64,000 bases of DNA from a virus, in the IMG/VR virus record IMGVR_UViG_3300027770_000032. One strand, 5' to 3'. Positions 58,782 to 64,000 of this stretch are shown here, piece by piece. How positions within the stretch are numbered: the stretch's first letter is position 1; every line of letters begins with the position of its first letter. The notes beneath the pieces are model-generated. The model had not been told where the DNA came from. It did no database searches and was given only the letters and a program-made list of their open reading frames with translations. A program made the position numbers and the translations under genes.

Positions 58782-59294
58782 ATGACTGCCGTAAACAATA
58801 TAAACAAAAACTTTCTGTCACCTTTAGGCTATAAGTTTACCTTAGCGCGAGCACCGGCGATTAGTTACAATGTACAGAACGTTCGTTTTCCTGGAGTACA
58901 GATGAGTAACGGAGAGAGCCCAACTCCATTCGTTCCGATTCCAGTCACAGGCAAACTAACTTATAGCCCACTCGATCTGACGTTCCGAGTGAATGAAGAT
59001 ATGACAGATTATCTCGAGATCTATAACTGGATGGTAGCACTCGCTTCTCCTACCAGTTTTGACGGTTATAAAGCTTTGCAAAATTCTCAGGTCGGCGGTG
59101 CAGCTACTTTATATTCGGATCTCAATCTGCAGATTATGAATAGTAGCATGAACTCGAATATTATGATAACTTTTTATGATGCATTTCCGATTAGCATAGG
59201 AGATATTGAGTTTAATACTACAGATACTAGTGTCAATTATATAGAATGCAGTGTAGAGTTTAAATATCTAAGGTATGATATCGAAGTTTTATAG
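58782..59294 (+). CDS. gp3: Tail completion/tube terminator gp3-like
   Basis: NFLSPLGYKF, FRVNEDMTDYLEIYNWM, FYDAFPISIG; position between gp23 and uvsY; ATG 58782 after AAGGA. Confidence 0.8.
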   Translation: MTAVNNINKNFLSPLGYKFTLARAPAISYNVQNVRFPGVQMSNGESPTPFVPIPVTGKLTYSPLDLTFRVNEDMTDYLEIYNWMVALASPTSFDGYKALQNSQVGGAATLYSDLNLQIMNSSMNSNIMITFYDAFPISIGDIEFNTTDTSVNYIECSVEFKYLRYDIEVL

Positions 59295-59303
59295 GATTTA
59301 GTT

Positions 59304-59738
59304 ATGAAAATTGATGACATTTATGCAGAATGGGAAAAGGATTCCCAGATTAATCGCTCTGAGCTCGGCGACGAGGCGCTCAACATTCCAAAGCTCCATC
59401 ACAAGTATTTCAAGATCTTTACGCATGAGCGGCTGTTGCTTCGTAAGCAAGAAGTCGAACTGAAGCAACTGAAGCTCGAGAAGCTGGAGTTTTACACTCT
59501 CGGACCGACAGAAGAGTCTCATGAGAAAGGTTGGCGCTTGCCACCGCAAGGAAAAATACTGAAATCTGAAGTGAATAACTATATCGAAGCAGACAAGGAT
59601 ATGGTGAATCTATCACTGAAAATCGGCATTCAGCACGAGAAGATCGATCTCCTTGAATCCATCATCAAGTCTCTCACTGCTCGTGGTTTTAATATTAAGG
59701 CCGCTATCGAGTGGGAGCGTTTTAAAGTAGGTATTTAA
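59304..59738 (+). CDS. uvsY: Recombination mediator UvsY
   Basis: WEKDSQI, IPKLHHKY, YIEADKD, RGFNIKAAIEWERF. Confidence 0.9.
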   Translation: MKIDDIYAEWEKDSQINRSELGDEALNIPKLHHKYFKIFTHERLLLRKQEVELKQLKLEKLEFYTLGPTEESHEKGWRLPPQGKILKSEVNNYIEADKDMVNLSLKIGIQHEKIDLLESIIKSLTARGFNIKAAIEWERFKVGI

Positions 59739-61201
59739 TGAGTTCAGTGCACCTTAAATTTATTAATAATGTCCACGTCAAAGTGGAGGCAGAGCCATCG
59801 ACTATTATGGAACTGGCAGATGCGTTTACGTTCTATGCTGAGAACTATAAGTTCCATCCAAAGTATCGAGCCAGAATGTGGGATGGAAAGATTCGTCTCG
59901 TTAACAATCTAACTGGATATGTATACGCCGGATTGGCAAGGCATATTAAAAAGTTTTGTGATGCTCGAAACTATACATTCTCGTTTGATGAAGAGATGTA
60001 CTATGATGGTGTATCTGAGCATGAGTTGAGAGAATTCATAGATACTCTTAGAATTCCTGAAAAGTATGCAATTCGAGACTATCAGTTTGATTCAATCTTA
60101 AAGTGTATTCGATCGAATCGAAGAACATTAGTATCGCCAACTTCTTCTGGTAAATCATTGATGATCTACATTCTGATGAGATGGTATCAGAAACACAAAG
60201 GTTTGATTATCGTTCCTACGATTGGGCTGGTAAATCAGATGGAGAGTGACTTTCGAGAGTATGGATATACAGGTGATATTCATATGTCGACTCAAGGTTT
60301 GAGTAAGGCGAATGATATTGAAGCCGAACTTGTTATTACAACGTGGCAGTCACTCAATAATGGTAAGAATAAGATGCCAAAACCTTGGTATCAACAGTTT
60401 GGAGTCGTATTCGGAGATGAAGCACATGGAGCAAAAGCGACTTCGCTTATACAAATTCTTAGCAGTCTTACTGATTGTAAGTATCGTTTTGGTACTACCG
60501 GCACGCTCGATGGTACACCTCTTAATGAGACAACAATCGAAGGTCTCTTCGGTCCAAAGTACAAAGCAGTTACCACAAAAGAGCTCATGGATCAAGGATA
60601 CGTATCTAAACTCAAGATCAAGTGTATTGTCCTTAAGTATGATGAACAGACAAGCAAAGAGCTCAAAGGAAAAACATACCAAGAAGAAATCGATTTCCTC
60701 GTTGGTAGTGAAGCTCGGAATAAGTTCATTCGCAACCTCGGACTCTCTTTAAAAGGTAATAAGCTTGTTTTCTTTCGAATTGTCGATCATGGTAAAACAC
60801 TCTATGATCTCATCACAAGAAGTACTAATCATAATGTTTTTTACATCGATGGTTCTGTTAGTGGTGATATGCGAGAGTCTATACGAAAGGCTCTCGAAGA
60901 AGAAGAAAACGCCATCCTCCTCGCCTCGCTCGGAACGACATCGACAGGCGTGAGTATCAATCGACTACATCATATGATCGCCGCTTCTCCATCGAAGTCG
61001 AAGATTAAAGTTCTACAGTCCATCGGTCGTATGCTTCGATTGCATGAAGAGAAACAAGAACACGGCGCCATCTTATATGATATCGTCGATGATCTCTCTT
61101 ACAAATCCCATCAAAACTTTACGCTCAAGCATTTTATTGAAAGAACAAAGATCTATGATGCTGAGCAGTTTGACTACGAAATCTATAACGTAAAGGTTTA
61201 A
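59738..61201 (+). CDS. uvsW: SF2 helicase UvsW
   Basis: WDGKIRL, RDYQ, SPTSSGKS, GDEAH, GTTGT, LQSIGRMLR. Confidence 0.95.
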   Translation: MSSVHLKFINNVHVKVEAEPSTIMELADAFTFYAENYKFHPKYRARMWDGKIRLVNNLTGYVYAGLARHIKKFCDARNYTFSFDEEMYYDGVSEHELREFIDTLRIPEKYAIRDYQFDSILKCIRSNRRTLVSPTSSGKSLMIYILMRWYQKHKGLIIVPTIGLVNQMESDFREYGYTGDIHMSTQGLSKANDIEAELVITTWQSLNNGKNKMPKPWYQQFGVVFGDEAHGAKATSLIQILSSLTDCKYRFGTTGTLDGTPLNETTIEGLFGPKYKAVTTKELMDQGYVSKLKIKCIVLKYDEQTSKELKGKTYQEEIDFLVGSEARNKFIRNLGLSLKGNKLVFFRIVDHGKTLYDLITRSTNHNVFYIDGSVSGDMRESIRKALEEEENAILLASLGTTSTGVSINRLHHMIAASPSKSKIKVLQSIGRMLRLHEEKQEHGAILYDIVDDLSYKSHQNFTLKHFIERTKIYDAEQFDYEIYNVKV

Positions 61202-61203
61202 TT

Positions 61204-61587
61204 ATGATAAAAGTATTACATCTGATTAACGGCGAAGTCCTGATCGGTAAAATCAAAAATGAAACAGATAGATCGGCGACATATACAATTGAACAACCAT
61301 TTATGATGGATATTGTCGACGACTCAGATGAAGGTTCTGGTATTCGTATGGATTATTTGTTAGCATTTTCGAAAGATAACTGTGTACATATAAAGAAAAA
61401 CGTGGTATTGTATAACTATAATCCTTCGAATAGACTCGAAGAATATTATGGCCGACTCGTTGAATTTACGGCTAAACGCGATAATGATGTCATGTTAAAA
61501 CAAACCCTCGAGGGTATGGATGAGATGGATCGTAAGATGAAATCTTTTCTGACACAAAGACTCGTAGGAAAAAGTACAGTAAATTGA
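61204..61587 (+). CDS. Conserved hypothetical protein (Sm-like N-terminus)
   Basis: KVLHLINGEVLIGKI; usual position between uvsW and gp55. Confidence 0.65.
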   Translation: MIKVLHLINGEVLIGKIKNETDRSATYTIEQPFMMDIVDDSDEGSGIRMDYLLAFSKDNCVHIKKNVVLYNYNPSNRLEEYYGRLVEFTAKRDNDVMLKQTLEGMDEMDRKMKSFLTQRLVGKSTVN

Positions 61588-61596
61588 GAAAGTTGA

Positions 61597-62160
61597 ATGA
61601 TGATTAAAAAGAAACCGACTACCCACTATATCGACAATAAGTTGTTTTATACCGAGATGGTCAAGTTCTGGAATTCTTGTCAAGAAGCGAAGAAAAATGG
61701 TGAACCAAGGCCAGCGATTCCGAATTACGTAGGCAAGTGCATCATGATGATTGCGCAACGCCTCTCAACTCGACCTAACTTTATCGGATATTCGTATCGT
61801 GAAGAGATGGTCGGAGATGGTATTGAAAACTGCTTGACATACATTCATAACTTCAATCCAGACAAATCTTCGAATCCATTCGCATACTTTACTCAAATCA
61901 TTTACTATGCATTTCTACGCCGAATTCAAAAAGAAAAGAAGCACACATATATCAAGCACAAAGCTTTTGAGAATAGCATGATCATGAACACACTCGTGGA
62001 CATGGCGCCTGAAGATCGATCGCATTTTAATGCCGCGTTTATCAATGTCTCAGAAAAGCTTGGTGAATTGGTAGAGAAATTTGAAGCAAAGAAACCACCA
62101 AAGCCTGTCGAAAAGAAAGGCGTAGAGAAGTTTATCGAGGACGAAGAAGATGAAGGATAA
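61597..62160 (+). CDS. gp55: Late-transcription sigma factor gp55
   Basis: HYIDNK, RPNFIGYSYREEMVGDGIENC, NPFAYFTQIIYYAFLRRIQKEKK. Confidence 0.96.
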   Translation: MMIKKKPTTHYIDNKLFYTEMVKFWNSCQEAKKNGEPRPAIPNYVGKCIMMIAQRLSTRPNFIGYSYREEMVGDGIENCLTYIHNFNPDKSSNPFAYFTQIIYYAFLRRIQKEKKHTYIKHKAFENSMIMNTLVDMAPEDRSHFNAAFINVSEKLGELVEKFEAKKPPKPVEKKGVEKFIEDEEDEG

Positions 62161-62320
62161 TATTCCAACACTCATTGAACAGATCAAAGAAAATATGCTT
62201 GACGAAGGAACACCGAAACATATTCGATATAACTATATGGTCTCAATGGAAGCCATTCGTGATTATGCAGATAAAGCATTACGTGAATATCACAGTAACA
62301 AAAAGAAGATTTTTAAATGA
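62150..62320 (+). CDS. Small hypothetical protein (56 aa, below the ORF-track cutoff)
   Basis: MKDNIPTLIEQIKENMLDEGTPKHIRYNYMVSMEAIRDYADKALREYHSNKKKIFK; GAGGA upstream; fills the gp55-gp47 gap with an ATGA overlap into gp47. Confidence 0.7.
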   Translation: MKDNIPTLIEQIKENMLDEGTPKHIRYNYMVSMEAIRDYADKALREYHSNKKKIFK

Positions 62321-63381
62321 AGATTGCTTTAATTACTGACACCCATTGGGGTGCTCGTGGAGATTCTGCGGCTTTCGCAGAATATTTTAATAGGTTTTAT
62401 TATGAACATTTCTTTCCGTACCTTTCTGCTAATGGTATTAGCCGCATTTTTCATTTGGGTGACATTGTTGATCGACGAAAGTATATCAACTTTGTTACAG
62501 CCAGACATTTACGGCGATTCGTCGAACACTGTGATACTTCCGGAATCAGACTAGACGTTATCATTGGTAATCATGATACTTCGTTTAAGAATACGAACGA
62601 AGTGAATTCTATGCGCGAATTGTTTGATCACTCGACGTATGACATTCACTATTACTCAGATCCTACAGAAGTAGATATCGACGGCTTGAGTGTTGCCGTA
62701 CTTCCTTGGATTTGTTCTGGTAACTATGACGAAAGCATGAAGTTTATCGATAACACTTCTGCGCAGGTTTTATTTGGGCATCTCGAACTCGCTGGCTTCG
62801 AGATGTATAAGGGTGCAGTAAATGATCATGGATTTAGCGCTAGCATGTTTGATAAGTTTGATGTCGTGTGTAGTGGGCATTTCCATCATAAATCCACGCG
62901 TGGTAATATCAATTATCTCGGCGCACCCTATGAAATGTCTTGGTCTGACTATGATGATCCAAGGGGCTTTCATATATTTGACACAGACACTCGTGAGCTA
63001 ACATTTATACAGAATCCTTATACGATGTTTCAGAAGTGGTTTTATGATGATGCCAAGTGGCCTAACTTCGAATCGATTCATGAGTTAGATTTCGATACTG
63101 TCAAAGGTAACTATGTGAAGGTAATTGTAAAGAACAAGAACAACCCGTTCTGGTTCGATACATATATTGACAAGCTCGAAAAGGCAGGTGCTCTTGACAT
63201 ACAGGTGGTCGAAGATAATCTCAATCTTCAATTGGAAGATGACCGTGACATTGTCAATGAAGCGGAAGATACACTCACAATCCTCACCAAAGTGATTGAC
63301 CAGTGGGAAACTCCAGTGGATAAAAAAAGATTGTACAATTTCTTAACAACGTTGTATGGTGAAGCTTTAAGTGTGGAGTAA
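62317..63381 (+). CDS. gp47: Recombination nuclease gp47 (Mre11/SbcD-like)
   Basis: ITDTHWG, HLGDIVDRRK, IGNHD, GHLE, SGHFH. Confidence 0.95.
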   Translation: MKIALITDTHWGARGDSAAFAEYFNRFYYEHFFPYLSANGISRIFHLGDIVDRRKYINFVTARHLRRFVEHCDTSGIRLDVIIGNHDTSFKNTNEVNSMRELFDHSTYDIHYYSDPTEVDIDGLSVAVLPWICSGNYDESMKFIDNTSAQVLFGHLELAGFEMYKGAVNDHGFSASMFDKFDVVCSGHFHHKSTRGNINYLGAPYEMSWSDYDDPRGFHIFDTDTRELTFIQNPYTMFQKWFYDDAKWPNFESIHELDFDTVKGNYVKVIVKNKNNPFWFDTYIDKLEKAGALDIQVVEDNLNLQLEDDRDIVNEAEDTLTILTKVIDQWETPVDKKRLYNFLTTLYGEALSVE

Positions 63382-63383
63382 TC

Positions 63384-64000
63384 ATGATTTATTTTAACAA
63401 ACTCCGTTGGCAGAATCTTCTGTCGACTGGAAATCAAATGACTGAAGTCCAATTGGATCGCAGCAAATCTACACTCATTCTCGGTGAAAATGGCGCAGGC
63501 AAGTCGACGATCTTGGATGCGCTGTCTTATGTCTTGTATGGTAAAGCTTTCCGTAATATCAATAAGCCACAGCTTGTCAATTCGATGACAAATAAGAACC
63601 TTTTAGTTGAATGTGAGTTCCTGATAGGAAAAAACGCCTTTCTTGTAAAAAGAGGTATGCGACCTAACCTCTTCGAGATATATCAAAATGGTGTACTATT
63701 AAATCAAAATAGCTCCAATAAAGATTATCAAGATTACTTTGAGAAGCAATTATTGAAATTAAGTTTCAAATCCTTCAGCCAGATCGTAGTATTAGGCTCT
63801 GCAAACTATTTGCCCTTTATGCAGCTCCCAGCTCATGGGCGAAGAGAAGTCATCGAAGATCTTCTGGACATACAAATCTTTAGTACGATGAATACGCTAC
63901 TCAAAGAAAAGATCATTGAGAATCGGAATGAACTTCACGAGTCTGATCATAAGATTAACTTGATCGAAAACAAGATCGAGCTGGCAGAGAAGCACATCGT
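63384..64000 (+). CDS. gp46: Recombination ATPase gp46 (Rad50/SbcC-like), 3'-truncated
   Basis: Translated by hand: MIYFNKLRWQNLLSTGN...LILGENGAGKSTILDALS...GKAFRNINKPQLVNS...SFSQIVVLGS...REVIEDLLDI; open to the window end. Confidence 0.93.
   Translation, partial: MIYFNKLRWQNLLSTGNQMTEVQLDRSKSTLILGENGAGKSTILDALSYVLYGKAFRNINKPQLVNSMTNKNLLVECEFLIGKNAFLVKRGMRPNLFEIYQNGVLLNQNSSNKDYQDYFEKQLLKLSFKSFSQIVVLGSANYLPFMQLPAHGRREVIEDLLDIQIFSTMNTLLKEKIIENRNELHESDHKINLIENKIELAEKHI

Noticed and set aside
1-64000. tRNA or rRNA genes, or stop-codon reassignment
   Set aside because: Intergenic gaps are short with no cloverleaf seen; core genes translate full length in the standard code and all three stop codons are used.

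Overview
This window is a 64 kb section of a T4-like myophage (cyanophage/aquatic T4-like gene order); the host cannot be determined from it. It runs from a 5'-truncated baseplate wedge gene (gp7-like) through gp8, a split VrlC/DUF4815-like structural protein and several fibre genes. After an accessory block it continues through the conserved core gp13-14-15-16-17-18-19-20-67-(internal protein)-21-22-23-3-uvsY-uvsW-55-47-46 (3'-truncated). The accessory block (about 18-44 kb) reads as three cassettes of fibre + tip/adhesin-like protein + putative tailoring enzyme(s). The last cassette couples a fibre to a 440-aa protein whose tandem repeats are mirror-symmetric in copy number (8-3-core-3-8), suggesting a long antiparallel hairpin. 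It is followed by 12 convergently transcribed enzyme-like genes: five 2OG-Fe(II) oxygenases, a GT60-like and a GT-A glycosyltransferase, a METTL20-like methyltransferase, a sulfotransferase-like protein, a YkgJ cysteine-cluster protein and two dUTPase-fold-like paralogues. T4-type late promoters (TATAAATA) sit upstream of both arms. My inference is a phage-encoded, late-expressed system that post-translationally decorates virion adhesins. Other notable items are a nested (matryoshka) repeat domain in gp7 that also occurs in the tail sheath, pervasive A-N-(T/S) and N-X-S/T motifs in virion proteins, and an internal head polyprotein with repeated gp21-type cleavage sites. All calls come from reading motifs and synteny by eye; no database search was run.
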